Shown here one piece after another: positions 38,953-49,313 of a DNA stretch of 64,000 nt. The number at the start of each line of letters is the position of its first letter. The first letter of the stretch is position 1. The notes under the pieces are model-generated. The model saw nothing but the letters and a program-made list of their open reading frames with translations, was not told the DNA's origin and ran no database searches. The DNA lies in NCBI GenBank assembly GCA_048885925.1, contig JBHLLG010000003.1:32001-96000 (forward strand). The letters are read 5' to 3'. This DNA is from Candidatus Hermodarchaeota archaeon (GTDB lineage Archaea; Asgardarchaeota; Lokiarchaeia; Sigyniarchaeales; SOKP01). Position numbers and translations under genes: made by a program.

Positions 38953-39016
38953 GACTAAAAATAATATAATCAAAAATAAATTCATAAAAATTAAATATAT
39001 GTAGCGAGGAATGAAT

Positions 39017-39334
39017 ATGTCTAGTATTGATACCCAATTAAAAGAACATCTAAAGAGTGGGGGTGATTGGGAAAAAATGGAGACTCCCGTTCCGGGTGTT
39101 TTCGTAGTTAAAGTCCCTGCAACAAAAACAAAGCCAGCACTACTATTTCTAGAGATTAATCCTTTAAAAGATGATGGTAAACCACTAAAAAAGAGAGGGT
39201 TATTTGTTGGCTCTAAAGAAATGTTATTGAAATTTAGTGAAGCATTGAATGATGACAAGACTTTTCAGTTGATTGGAGAACTAGAGAAAATTAATCCTGA
39301 AATTAAAACAAGAGCTAAAAAATTGAAAATGTAA
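39017..39334 (+). CDS. Conserved-looking archaeal hypothetical protein (possibly PC4-like)
   Basis: 'DWEKMETPVPGVFVVKVP...LEINP...G.P.KKRGL'; SD GAGGA upstream; ATG39011 is an alternative start. Confidence 0.7.
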   Translation: MSSIDTQLKEHLKSGGDWEKMETPVPGVFVVKVPATKTKPALLFLEINPLKDDGKPLKKRGLFVGSKEMLLKFSEALNDDKTFQLIGELEKINPEIKTRAKKLKM

Positions 39335-39541
39335 GGAAGAAATAAATTTTGTTATTTCTTTAAGCTATTATTTGTTTTATGATTAGTTTTCACTTATAAG
39401 AAAATATTTAATTTCTAATTTTATTATTTATTTAATATTACTACTAAGTAAAAGTATAAAATTCAAATAGATTAAACCAATATTATAATAAAAGTTATAG
39501 AATTAAAAAAAAGTAATAAATTTAAGAGCTGAATTAGAGAA

Positions 39542-39826
39542 ATGTCTGAAGAGGATGGAGTTCATTGCATTGTTTGTGGAAAAGATCAGTTCTCTTTAGC
39601 CCACGATGAATGGATGAGAAGAGCTTTTCCTTTTGTAGAACAAGGACAACTAAAAATGTGTTCTGGTTGCGGAGCCAAATATCTTATATGTGAGAGTTGC
39701 GGAGGTCTATACTGCCGTATACACCCTGCTCTTGAAAGTTGGGAGCTTCCAGACAAATGTCCTAAGTGTGGATGGTTAAATGAAAGCGTTAGAGCTTGGG
39801 ATGGAACCTCTGCTCGCCATTTTTAA
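39542..39826 (+). CDS. Multi-CxxC zinc-finger protein
   Basis: CIVC, CSGC, CESC, C..H and CPKC within 94 aa. Confidence 0.75.
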   Translation: MSEEDGVHCIVCGKDQFSLAHDEWMRRAFPFVEQGQLKMCSGCGAKYLICESCGGLYCRIHPALESWELPDKCPKCGWLNESVRAWDGTSARHF

Positions 39827-40008
39827 TACTTATGTTTATAAATGCTTATTTAATTTTAATTTTTTTAAAATACTATTATTTTAATTGAAAGTAGTATTAA
39901 TTAACATCTCATTTGTAATTTTATAAATTTAAGGTCAAGAAAATTTAAATTTTAAAATAGCAATAATTATTTTAATAAAAAAGTATATGAAATTGACGAT
40001 GGTTTTAT

Positions 40009-40476
40009 ATGAGTTCAAATATTAAAGTCGAAGTTGCAAATCCTGAACATATAGAAAGCTTAAGAGATTTAACTAAAGAATTGGTTGAAGGATTGGGGCA
40101 AGAATTTGATCAAAAGCGATTTGACTGGGGAATTCGACGTCGTCTTTACGATCCGCTTCAACGGCATGGTATTTTAATAGCTCTTGACGAAGATTCTAAT
40201 GAAGTGATTGGAATGATTATTGCAGAACTACGGATTGATCCATTCGGCTCATCTGAAGGATATATTAAACAATTTTTTCTGAAAGAGCCATATCGTAAAC
40301 AAGGTGTAGGGAGTTCTTTATTAGAAAAAGCATTAGAGCATTTGAAAAAGATAAAAGTAGAAAAAGTGAAAGTTAATATTAAAGAAAAAGCGTTAGAAGC
40401 AACTAAACTCTATGAAAAAATGAATTTCAAGAAGGTGTATGAGGTTCTAGAATTAGATTTAACAGATAAGAGCTAA
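40009..40476 (+). CDS. GNAT-family N-acetyltransferase
   Basis: Motif A 'YRKQGVGSSLL', 'A..LYEKMNF'. Confidence 0.88.
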   Translation: MSSNIKVEVANPEHIESLRDLTKELVEGLGQEFDQKRFDWGIRRRLYDPLQRHGILIALDEDSNEVIGMIIAELRIDPFGSSEGYIKQFFLKEPYRKQGVGSSLLEKALEHLKKIKVEKVKVNIKEKALEATKLYEKMNFKKVYEVLELDLTDKS

Positions 40477-40500
40477 AAGAATTAAAAGTAATTTGAAAAA

Positions 40501-41472
40501 ATGAGTTTAGAAACACCTTGGGTTGAAAAATATCGGCCTGAAACATTTGATGATATTGTAAGTCAGAGTATTGCGATTAATAACCTAAAAGAATTTGTAA
40601 AAACTACGGATATACCTCATCTGATTTTTACGGGTCCTGCAGGAACTGGAAAAACTAGTACCGCCTTAATAATCGCAAAAAGTTTTCTTAATGAAGAAGA
40701 ATTTGATACAAACCTACTAGAATTGAATGCTTCTGACACCGTACGGATAGATTTTGTAAGAAATGTTCTTAAGAGTTTTGTAAATCAACATTTAGTTAAA
40801 AATGGGTCTTTAAAGTTTGTGATTTTAGATGAAGCTGATAATATTCCTTCACAAGTTCAGCAAGCTCTTAGGAGAATTATTGAAAAAGCATCAACTAATA
40901 TAAAGTTCATACTTTTATGTAATTATATTAATAGGATTATAGATCCAATAGTATCTCGATGCGCTGTATTTAGATTTGTAACTTTACCTAAAGAAAAAAT
41001 AGTAGAAAGATTAAGATATATAGCAAAAAAGGAGAAATTAAAAATACCGTCTAATCAATCAGAAGAATTCTTCAGTCAATTATATTTCATTTCTGGAGGA
41101 GATTTAAGGAAAGCAATCAATAGTCTCCAAATGGCTGTTGCACTTGAACTTTTAGATAATTTAGACATTAACGAGATATTAAGAATTTCTGGATTCTTAG
41201 ACAAAGAAACATTGAAAAGTTTAATTTTTTCTCTTAAGAGCAAAGATTATAGGAAATCAAGAGAAATTCTTAGTTCGATTGAAACTTTTGATAGTCGAAA
41301 TTTCATAAGACAAATATCAGAGTACATACCTTCATTAAATATTTCACCTGAAAATATTATTAGTTTAAAAGCCTTTATTGGAGATATAGATTATCGAATA
41401 AGCCAAGGTGCTGATGAACAGGTTCAGATTTCAGCTCTGTTATCGGCAATCATTGAGAATATTCAATCTTGA
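40501..41472 (+). CDS. rfcS: Replication factor C small subunit 1
   Basis: 'PWVEKYRP', 'GPAGTGKT', 'LELNASD', 'LDEAD', 'SRC', 'GDLRKAIN'. Confidence 0.95.
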   Translation: MSLETPWVEKYRPETFDDIVSQSIAINNLKEFVKTTDIPHLIFTGPAGTGKTSTALIIAKSFLNEEEFDTNLLELNASDTVRIDFVRNVLKSFVNQHLVKNGSLKFVILDEADNIPSQVQQALRRIIEKASTNIKFILLCNYINRIIDPIVSRCAVFRFVTLPKEKIVERLRYIAKKEKLKIPSNQSEEFFSQLYFISGGDLRKAINSLQMAVALELLDNLDINEILRISGFLDKETLKSLIFSLKSKDYRKSREILSSIETFDSRNFIRQISEYIPSLNISPENIISLKAFIGDIDYRISQGADEQVQISALLSAIIENIQS

Positions 41473-41514
41473 TTATTTATTAGAAAATTTAAAGAGAGAA
41501 AGAGATAGTTAAAT

Positions 41515-42561
41515 ATGATTGAACAAATTCCGATTTGGCGAATTAAGTATCATCCAAAAAGTTTAGACGAAGTTTGCGGCAGAGATGAGGTAAAAGAGAC
41601 TTTAAAACGTATGATTCACCAAAGAAACTTTCCACATTTATTATTTATTGGTTCAAAAGGTATAGGAAAAACTTCAATTGCTCAATTATTCTCAAAGGAG
41701 TTTCTTGGTAATAATTATAATGCAAATTTTAAATTAGTTTATGCTGATGTTCCTTTAAGCGAAGAAGAGAGAACTGAAGCAAGATCTGATGCATATGTTT
41801 CTACAAGTAAAATTGGAAGTATAGCAGGAAAAAGGATAACAACACCCGCGTTTATTCAGGCTAGAGTTAAACCCTTTGTACAATTGAAAGTGTTAGGAGA
41901 TGCCCCATTTAAAATTCTAATTGTAAAAAATTTTGAAGCTTTAGGTGGGGATCAACAAGGCTTTAGAAGACTAATGGAAAAGTATGGCACAAATTGCAGA
42001 ATGATATTGATTAGCACGAAAATTTCAAGTATCATTGATCCTATTGTTAGTAGATGCCAAATTTTCTTAATTTCTAGAATTAAGTTTAACAATTTCAACG
42101 AATTAATTAAAAAAATCGCTAAAAAGGAATCTTTAGAAATTTCTAATGAGGTAAGTGAAATTTTGTACAAAATATCTGATGGAAAAATATCTCGAGCAAT
42201 TGATATTTTACAATTATGTAGTATTTCAGAAAACAAAATAGATTCTGAAAAGATTTATGAAACATCTCAATTTTTTCATAATGAACTTATACAAAGTCTT
42301 TTAATGATTGCTTTCAAAGGAGATTTCCCTAAAGCTCGAGAATTATCACGCAAAATCCTTTCTAATTATAAATTTGATCTGAGCGAGTTCTTTAAACTTT
42401 TAATCAATGAATTAAACAAATTGCCTTTAAGTAAATTTGCACGGATTAAATTAATAAATTTTATTGCAGATTCTGATTTTAGAGCAATTGATGGGAGAGA
42501 TAATGATATTCAAATATCTGGTCTTTTATCAAAAATATGTTTATTTTCGGATTATATGTGA
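41515..42561 (+). CDS. rfcS2: Replication factor C small subunit 2 (divergent, Walker B degenerate)
   Basis: 'WRIKYHPKSLDE', 'GSKGIGKT', Walker B replaced by 'IVKNFEAL', 'FRRLMEKY', arginine finger 'SRC' retained. Confidence 0.85.
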   Translation: MIEQIPIWRIKYHPKSLDEVCGRDEVKETLKRMIHQRNFPHLLFIGSKGIGKTSIAQLFSKEFLGNNYNANFKLVYADVPLSEEERTEARSDAYVSTSKIGSIAGKRITTPAFIQARVKPFVQLKVLGDAPFKILIVKNFEALGGDQQGFRRLMEKYGTNCRMILISTKISSIIDPIVSRCQIFLISRIKFNNFNELIKKIAKKESLEISNEVSEILYKISDGKISRAIDILQLCSISENKIDSEKIYETSQFFHNELIQSLLMIAFKGDFPKARELSRKILSNYKFDLSEFFKLLINELNKLPLSKFARIKLINFIADSDFRAIDGRDNDIQISGLLSKICLFSDYM

Positions 42562-42572
42562 GGATTTAAATC

Positions 42573-43928
42573 ATGTCAAAAAAGAAAGTTGAGATTCCGT
42601 GGGTGGAGAAATATCGTCCAAAAAGTATAAAAGACATGGCTTTACCTTCAGCACGGATGGGTGGTCAAAGGGTTAAATTAGCTGAGCAATTAATGAACTT
42701 TATTGAAAACTTTTTCCTAGAAAGAAGAAGAATTAATAAAGAAAACAGAGAGATTCGCGAATTTAATAGAACCGTTATTGAAAAAGACCAAAAAGAAGAA
42801 TTGAAAATTCCCTCTGAAAAAGCAGCAATTTTATTAGAAGGACCTCCCGGGATTGGAAAAACTTCTATTGTTTATGCTCTTGCGAATGACTTAAATATGG
42901 AAGTAATAGAAACTAACGCATCAGATACGCGAACAAGAGCTACTTTAGAAAGAAGGTTGAAAGAAACTGTTAAATCTCGTGGAATTATGGATTATATAAC
43001 AGAATCAAAAGAGAAACTTATACTTATTGATGAAATTGATGGGATATATGGTGTTCAAGACAGAGGTGCTATTCCTACCGTAATCGATTTAATTGAGAAT
43101 ACTCAGTTTCCTATTATAATGTGTTCAAATGAATATAAAACAAATCTACAACCACTCTATAATAAAATATTGAGATATGAAGTTCATCCTTTAGCTAAGA
43201 AAGAAGTAATTAAAATTACACAAAACATTCTCAAGAAAGAAAAAATCACAAATCTGAAAGATGATGATTTGGAATTAATAATTGAAAAGAATAATGGAGA
43301 TTTGAGAGGAGTGATAAATGATGTTCAAGGAATATGTCAAGGCGGAATAGAAGAAGATACTAAGGAATTGATTCTGAGTCTCCACCGTGATAATATTGAA
43401 GAAATTTTCTCATTAATTAGAGATTTGTTTAAAATATCCACATTAAGGGAAGCTCGAAACTTAACTGATAAATCTGATGTTGATTATAACTTTCTATACA
43501 AATGGATAAATGAAAATCTAGTTTTATTCATGAAATCTAACAGAGAACTTTCTGATGCTTTTGAAAATCTTTCATTAGCAGATGAAATATTTGGAAGAAT
43601 TCGTATTAACCAATATTGGGGATTATTACCTTATTTTTTTGACCTTTTTGCAGGAGGTGTTGCATTATCACGAAAAGAGACACCTATTGCCAAGGGATTT
43701 CAAAGAGTTGTTTTTCCTCGATATTCTTCTGGAACTTATTTTTCTTTAAGTAATAATGAAAAAGAATTTATTGGGAAACTCAAAAGAAAATTTGAAATTT
43801 CTCAAGTTGATTTTATTCAAGAATTCCTTCCATTTTTAAAAATTTTATGTGGAGCTTCGCGAAAACAATTAAAATCTGTGAGTGATTGGTTAGATTTAGA
43901 TGCAAAAGAAAAGAAAATATTGAAATAA
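42573..43928 (+). CDS. rfcL: Replication factor C large subunit
   Basis: 'PWVEKYRP', 'GPPGIGKT', 'ETNASD.R', 'IDEIDG', 'GDLRGVIND', 'WINEN', 'QYWGLL.Y'. Confidence 0.92.
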   Translation: MSKKKVEIPWVEKYRPKSIKDMALPSARMGGQRVKLAEQLMNFIENFFLERRRINKENREIREFNRTVIEKDQKEELKIPSEKAAILLEGPPGIGKTSIVYALANDLNMEVIETNASDTRTRATLERRLKETVKSRGIMDYITESKEKLILIDEIDGIYGVQDRGAIPTVIDLIENTQFPIIMCSNEYKTNLQPLYNKILRYEVHPLAKKEVIKITQNILKKEKITNLKDDDLELIIEKNNGDLRGVINDVQGICQGGIEEDTKELILSLHRDNIEEIFSLIRDLFKISTLREARNLTDKSDVDYNFLYKWINENLVLFMKSNRELSDAFENLSLADEIFGRIRINQYWGLLPYFFDLFAGGVALSRKETPIAKGFQRVVFPRYSSGTYFSLSNNEKEFIGKLKRKFEISQVDFIQEFLPFLKILCGASRKQLKSVSDWLDLDAKEKKILK

Positions 43929-44170
43929 ATTTAGATCTCCAAAAGTGAGTTGATCCATAATTCAAAATAGTAATGAGATATTTAGAATGTATTAAAAAAA
44001 ATTATTAGAATAATGAAATACTCAATTATTCTTACCAATTTTCAATTATCTCTAAAAGTTTTTATTTATAGCTTTTTGTTTAATTCAATTTTGTGGATTA
44101 TATTTTACCCAAAATTTTAAATTCTAACTAATTAAGAAATAAATTAAAAAACAAAATCTAAAAAACAAAA

Positions 44171-44788
44171 ATGTCTGATACAGAAGTTGTTAAAGAAGTT
44201 GAAAGTGTTTTATCAAAAAATATCCAATTAACAATACAAATTGTTGGAGCTGCTATTTTTGGAGCCTTATCTTTAGTTTTATCATTATATGTAGTACCGT
44301 ACTTACCTAGAACTCCAGAAGGTTTTGCTTATTTTGATCCTGTCTCAATAATTTGGGTTACTTGTTTTTTAATATTCGGTCCTTTAGCAGGGATTTTATG
44401 TTGTATAATTGGAATGGTGGTATTATTTCCATTTGATCCTTTTGCACCAATCGGTCCTCTAATGAAATTTTCTGCTACTTTTTCTTTAATAATTGTTCCT
44501 ATATTATTGTTATATTTGCTTAAACGCAAAGAAGGTAAGAGAATGAGCCAACAATTAAAAGAGCTTAAAACTTATGTTTTATACGGAGTATTAGGAATAG
44601 GCTTTAGAATTGTAATAATGGTAATTTTAAATATTTTAGTTTATTTGTATTACTACGGTTCAGAAGGATTGGAATATTGGGTAATTTTAGTTATTTTGCT
44701 TAATACTCTAACAAGTTTATGGGATTTATTATTTCCATACTTGTTAGTTTTTACAACTAAGCTGGACGAAAAATTTGAAATTTGGTAA
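44171..44788 (+). CDS. ECF transporter S-component-like membrane protein
   Basis: About 205 aa, about 6 TM; 'AAIFGALS.VL', 'FDPVSI.....LIFGPLAG'. Confidence 0.7.
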   Translation: MSDTEVVKEVESVLSKNIQLTIQIVGAAIFGALSLVLSLYVVPYLPRTPEGFAYFDPVSIIWVTCFLIFGPLAGILCCIIGMVVLFPFDPFAPIGPLMKFSATFSLIIVPILLLYLLKRKEGKRMSQQLKELKTYVLYGVLGIGFRIVIMVILNILVYLYYYGSEGLEYWVILVILLNTLTSLWDLLFPYLLVFTTKLDEKFEIW

Positions 44789-44903
44789 TTAAGCTAAATT
44801 TCTTAATTTTTTTTATATTTTTAAACAGATAATAAGATTTTTTTTGAGTAATTTATGTATTAAATTACAGTAAATTTTTAATATCAAGTTAAATAAAGAG
44901 CAG

Positions 44904-45707
44904 ATGATTATTTTGAAGAGAGAATATGAATTTATTTTATTTGATGTTAATAATGGGATTAGTACTATTTCTTTAAACAGACCTGAAAAGTTTAATGCTC
45001 TGCAATATCCATTATTGATGGAAATTGTGAAAGTATTAGAATCAATCAAGAAAGATAAATCAATTCGGGTAATAGTATTTGAAGGTCGTGGAAAGAATTT
45101 TTGTTCTGGCGACGACATGACTAGTATGGGTTCAGAAGGGGTAAAATTCACACCATTAGAAGATGGTTCAAGAATGCCACACCATAAAGTAGTGCGATTA
45201 ATACGAGAAATTCAAAAGCCTGTTATAGCATTGCTTCATGGATATTGTCTAGGAGCAGGATTTGATCTTGCACTTGCCTGTGATTTCAGATTAGCGGCAG
45301 ATAATCTAAAAATGGGAGATCATCGTACTACTAGAGCTCATTGCATACTAAGTGGAACAAGTTGGTTTCTCCCAAGAATCGTGGGTTTTGGAAGAGCAAC
45401 TGAAATAATTATGACAGGGAGGCATCTTGATGCAAAGGAAGCGCTAAAGATTGGTTTAGTAAATGATGTTTACCCACTTGATAACTTTAAGCAAAAATCT
45501 TTAGAATTTATAGAAAAGATAGCGAATATGCCAACAAAATGTCTAGGGTATAATAAATCTATGTTGAATTTTTCACAATTTAATGAATTATTTCCATCAT
45601 TACAGCATGAATTTCGATTATATTGCAAAAATATAAGAACTTATGATTTTGGAGAAGGAATGAAATCGTTTAGAAAGAAACGAGATCCCAAATTTAAAGG
45701 ACGATAG
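44904..45707 (+). CDS. Enoyl-CoA hydratase/isomerase family protein
   Basis: 'LNRPEKFNAL', 'FCSGDD', 'KPVIALLHGYCLGAGFDLALACDFR'. Confidence 0.88.
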   Translation: MIILKREYEFILFDVNNGISTISLNRPEKFNALQYPLLMEIVKVLESIKKDKSIRVIVFEGRGKNFCSGDDMTSMGSEGVKFTPLEDGSRMPHHKVVRLIREIQKPVIALLHGYCLGAGFDLALACDFRLAADNLKMGDHRTTRAHCILSGTSWFLPRIVGFGRATEIIMTGRHLDAKEALKIGLVNDVYPLDNFKQKSLEFIEKIANMPTKCLGYNKSMLNFSQFNELFPSLQHEFRLYCKNIRTYDFGEGMKSFRKKRDPKFKGR

Positions 45708-45747
45708 ATCTTTTTTATAATTCAAATATGAATAATAATTGATTGAG

Positions 45748-47013
45748 ATGAATTTATCAAAGGAAATTCAGGAATTTTTATTAAATGATGCTTTAGAACG
45801 TTTTTTAAGATATGTAACGGTTTGGACGACTTCTAGCATAGAATCTGATACAATTCCCTCAACTAAAAATCAACTTGAGTTAGCTAAAATCTTAACTAAA
45901 GAACTGAAGGAGCTAGAATTAAAAGATGTCGTTCAAGATGAGTTGGGTTTTGTTTATGGGTATTTACCACCTAGTAAAGGAAACGAAAAAACAAGACCAA
46001 TTGGTTTTATGGCACATTTAGATACATCAGAATCTGTTAGTGGAAAAGATGTAAAACCTGTAATTCATAAGAATTATGATGGACGTAAAATAAAGTATTC
46101 TCAAAATAAGGATTTAACGTTATCTATTGAAGATTCTCCCAATTTAGAACAATACATTGGTCTGGATATTATTACTTCACAAGGAGATACTCTATTAGGA
46201 TCTGATGATAAGGCAGGCATTGCTGAAATTATGACTGCTTTAGCAGCATGGAAGATATATCCTCAATTAAAACATGGTCCAATTTTTGTTTGTTTTACCC
46301 CTGATGAAGAAACTGGAAAAGGAGTAATAAATAAAGTTGATAAGAAGAAACTTCCAAAAGTATGTTATACTTTAGATGGTGGAGAAATAGGTGAGTTAGA
46401 AGTTGAATGTTTTGATGCATGGCGTGTAGATATAAATTTTAAGGGTTTAAATGTACATACAGGATATGCAAAAAATTTGTTGATTAATGCAGGACATATT
46501 GCCTGTAGATTCTTAAGTGAATTACCTGAAGCAGAGTCTCCAGAACATACAGAAGAAAGGGAAGGTTTCTTTCATTTAACTAAGTTAAAAGGAACAACAG
46601 AAGAAGCTTATGTTCGACTTTTAATAAGAGATTATGAAGTAAAAAATAATGAAAAGCGAATGGAATATATTAAAAAGTTAAAAGATTTGTATGAATTTCA
46701 TTATCCAGGATTACAAATTGAATTAAATTTTCATAATCAATACAAAAATATGCTTAATTATATTGAGAAAGATAAAGTTATAATTGATTTAGCCAAAAAA
46801 GCAATAGAACAAGCGGGATTAGAGTTAAAAATAAAATCTATTAGAGGAGGTACTGATGGGTCACAGCTCAGTGAAATCGGGATTCCTACTCCAAATCTTT
46901 TTACTGGAGGATTATTATTTCACTCCAGGAAAGAGTATATCCCTACGCTAGCTTTACAAAAAGCAGCTGAAGTTTTAATATATTTAGCTCACCTATGGAC
47001 TCAACAAGAATAG
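45748..47013 (+). CDS. pepT: Peptidase T (M20B tripeptidase)
   Basis: 'ERFLRYV', 'AHLDT', 'LLGSDDKAG', 'PDEE', 'LDGG', 'IRGGTDG', 'FHS..E'. Confidence 0.92.
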   Translation: MNLSKEIQEFLLNDALERFLRYVTVWTTSSIESDTIPSTKNQLELAKILTKELKELELKDVVQDELGFVYGYLPPSKGNEKTRPIGFMAHLDTSESVSGKDVKPVIHKNYDGRKIKYSQNKDLTLSIEDSPNLEQYIGLDIITSQGDTLLGSDDKAGIAEIMTALAAWKIYPQLKHGPIFVCFTPDEETGKGVINKVDKKKLPKVCYTLDGGEIGELEVECFDAWRVDINFKGLNVHTGYAKNLLINAGHIACRFLSELPEAESPEHTEEREGFFHLTKLKGTTEEAYVRLLIRDYEVKNNEKRMEYIKKLKDLYEFHYPGLQIELNFHNQYKNMLNYIEKDKVIIDLAKKAIEQAGLELKIKSIRGGTDGSQLSEIGIPTPNLFTGGLLFHSRKEYIPTLALQKAAEVLIYLAHLWTQQE

Positions 47014-47027
47014 CATCTTAATATAAT

Positions 47028-47816
47028 TTATAATATATTTAATCTTGACAATGCAGCTAAAGCAATTTCACCCTCCAGACTTACACATTCTTTATATTCT
47101 TCTTCCCTCCAAGGAATTTTCCATCTATTAAGAGGATTATAATAGCTATAGAAAAAAGCGCCAAAATTTACATTATTTTGCTTACAAATTGTTCCTAAGA
47201 CATTAAGCTCCCCATTTTCCATCGAAATACAACCTTTTTTCTGCAATTCATATATTTCTTGTCTTTTAATTTGATAAAATGCTTCTTTACAATAATTCTT
47301 CCCAATGTGATAATCAACAGTCCTTTTTTTTGTTTCTTCTATAAATATATTAATAACTTGTTTATCTAATTCAATTTCTTCATCCTGTTTTCTTCCATAA
47401 TGTATAGATGTTCCATCTATCCCCAAACCATGCGTAGGAATAAGATAATCAAGTAATTTTACGTTTTCACCCATTCCCCAAGACCCGCAAACTAAGAAAA
47501 TAGTTTTAGCTCCACAAAAGATCAAATCTTCTGCAATTGATGCTATTGGCGATGCACCCATAGGTGGTATCAAAACTGTGATAGGTATTTCTTTAAATTT
47601 CCCTCGATATATATAATCTGGTGCAATGTAGGGGTGAAATGGCATCAACCATTCTACTTGTTCTATTTTAACTTTATCTTTTAAAAAATTCAAAAGAAAT
47701 CTAGAAAAAATGATCATAACATTTGAATCAACATTGAAATCTTTTTCATCTTTATTTGAAGATTCTATCGCTGCTTGAATTACATCTTTTGAGGTACAGC
47801 ATAACTCATCTTTCAT
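47028..47816 (-). CDS. Nucleoside phosphorylase family (PNP/UDP-1) protein, divergent
   Basis: 'PMGASP.A...EDLI.CG', 'DGTS.HY', 'GCISMENGE'. Confidence 0.7.
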   Translation of the reverse strand: MKDELCCTSKDVIQAAIESSNKDEKDFNVDSNVMIIFSRFLLNFLKDKVKIEQVEWLMPFHPYIAPDYIYRGKFKEIPITVLIPPMGASPIASIAEDLIFCGAKTIFLVCGSWGMGENVKLLDYLIPTHGLGIDGTSIHYGRKQDEEIELDKQVINIFIEETKKRTVDYHIGKNYCKEAFYQIKRQEIYELQKKGCISMENGELNVLGTICKQNNVNFGAFFYSYYNPLNRWKIPWREEEYKECVSLEGEIALAALSRLNIL

Positions 47817-47878
47817 TTTTTGAATTAACCCAAAATATTAAATATTAATAAATCTGAAATTGATGTTATTTAAAAGAA

Positions 47879-49102
47879 TTATTCCTTTTTTTGAATTATT
47901 TTTGAAAAATCAGTCACCGAGAATATTAGGATACAAATGAGTAATAGAATTGAAGTATAAATAAATGCCCAGGTATATGAAAATAAATCATATATTAAGC
48001 CAAAAATTAATGATTCTCCCATGGATATAAGCCCCACTGACAAGTAATAGTAGCCATAAGCCCGACCTCTTTTTCTTTTACCTGCTAAATCAGCGATATA
48101 AGCCCGTGATATTGGATCAACAGATGCCAAATAAAAGCCATACATTATAAAAATAATTATTATTAAAACAAAAGAAAATATTGAAATATTAATAGGAAAT
48201 GATAAAAGAATACAGGAAACTAAAAGAACTAATAATCCAATATCTATTATTATTTTTCTTCCAAATTTATCAGACATGCTTCCAGTAATAGGCGAAAATA
48301 ATGTGTATACAATATTACTTACCATGTAGAAGATTGGGATAAAATAAATTAACTCAACGTAATCTCCCGCCCTGATTTGAAGAAAAGCAATATCCAAACT
48401 AGCAAATTCGATAACTCCCAAAATAATTATTAATTTTATGAAATTTTTATCTAATTTTTTATATATTGGTTTTTCTTCTTGAAATCCTAATTTATCATCA
48501 ATCTTATTTGGATCTACATCTTTAATTGTTAAAATTAAAATTATAGCAATAAAACCAGGAAAAATTGAGAAAAAGATTATCTGTGAGTACGTCCAAGTTA
48601 AAAATAGGAATAAAAAAGCTAGTAATGAACCAATAACCGCACCGAATGTATCCATCGCTCTATGTAGTCCAAAAGCTTTTCCCTTTTCAGTGGCATAATA
48701 AGATATAAGAGTATCTCTTGAGGAAGTTCTTAATCCTTTACCAAAGCGATCAATACTTTTCATTCCTAATATATATTCCCAAGAAGGACTAAATGCCATA
48801 AATGGTTTAGAAAGATTTGATAGAGCATAACCTCCTACTACAAATGGCTTCCTTTTATTTATTCTATCACTCATCCAACCAGAGATACCTTTTAAAATAT
48901 TCGCAATGGCAGTTGTCAATCCTGTAATTAATCCTAAAATTAATCCGGTTCCGCCTACTTCAAAAATGAAATAAGGTAATATACTTTGTATCATTTCGCT
49001 TGATATATCAGTAAAGAAAGAAACTAATCCCATTATGAAGATTGGAACGGAGACTCCAAAGATGAATTTAACTCTCCTTGCTTTTTTTTCTTTTTTATCC
49101 AT
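47879..49102 (-). CDS. MFS transporter
   Basis: 'SFFTDISSEM', 'GWMSDRINKRK', 'DRFGKGLRTSSRD', 'G.MSDKFGRK'; about 12 TM. Confidence 0.92.
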   Translation of the reverse strand: MDKKEKKARRVKFIFGVSVPIFIMGLVSFFTDISSEMIQSILPYFIFEVGGTGLILGLITGLTTAIANILKGISGWMSDRINKRKPFVVGGYALSNLSKPFMAFSPSWEYILGMKSIDRFGKGLRTSSRDTLISYYATEKGKAFGLHRAMDTFGAVIGSLLAFLFLFLTWTYSQIIFFSIFPGFIAIILILTIKDVDPNKIDDKLGFQEEKPIYKKLDKNFIKLIIILGVIEFASLDIAFLQIRAGDYVELIYFIPIFYMVSNIVYTLFSPITGSMSDKFGRKIIIDIGLLVLLVSCILLSFPINISIFSFVLIIIIFIMYGFYLASVDPISRAYIADLAGKRKRGRAYGYYYLSVGLISMGESLIFGLIYDLFSYTWAFIYTSILLLICILIFSVTDFSKIIQKKE

Positions 49103-49313
49103 AATTATTAGAGAATTCTTAGAATGTTATATAAAAGGTAAATTTATAAATAAGGATAATCAAATTCAAATTTATTAAAATTATTTTATACCAAAATCAT
49201 AGATTAATAAAATTGCTATTCAATACTCTGTATATTTTCCATGACTTTTATGAAACTTTATAAATCTCGAATAAATTTTTATTATTATATAAATCGTTTT
49301 TAAAGTAATTCCA

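Noticed and set aside
20607-43928. Inteins in PolB2, the RadA paralog or RFC subunits
   Set aside because: Protein lengths are normal and there are no C...HN splice junctions or LAGLIDADG motifs.
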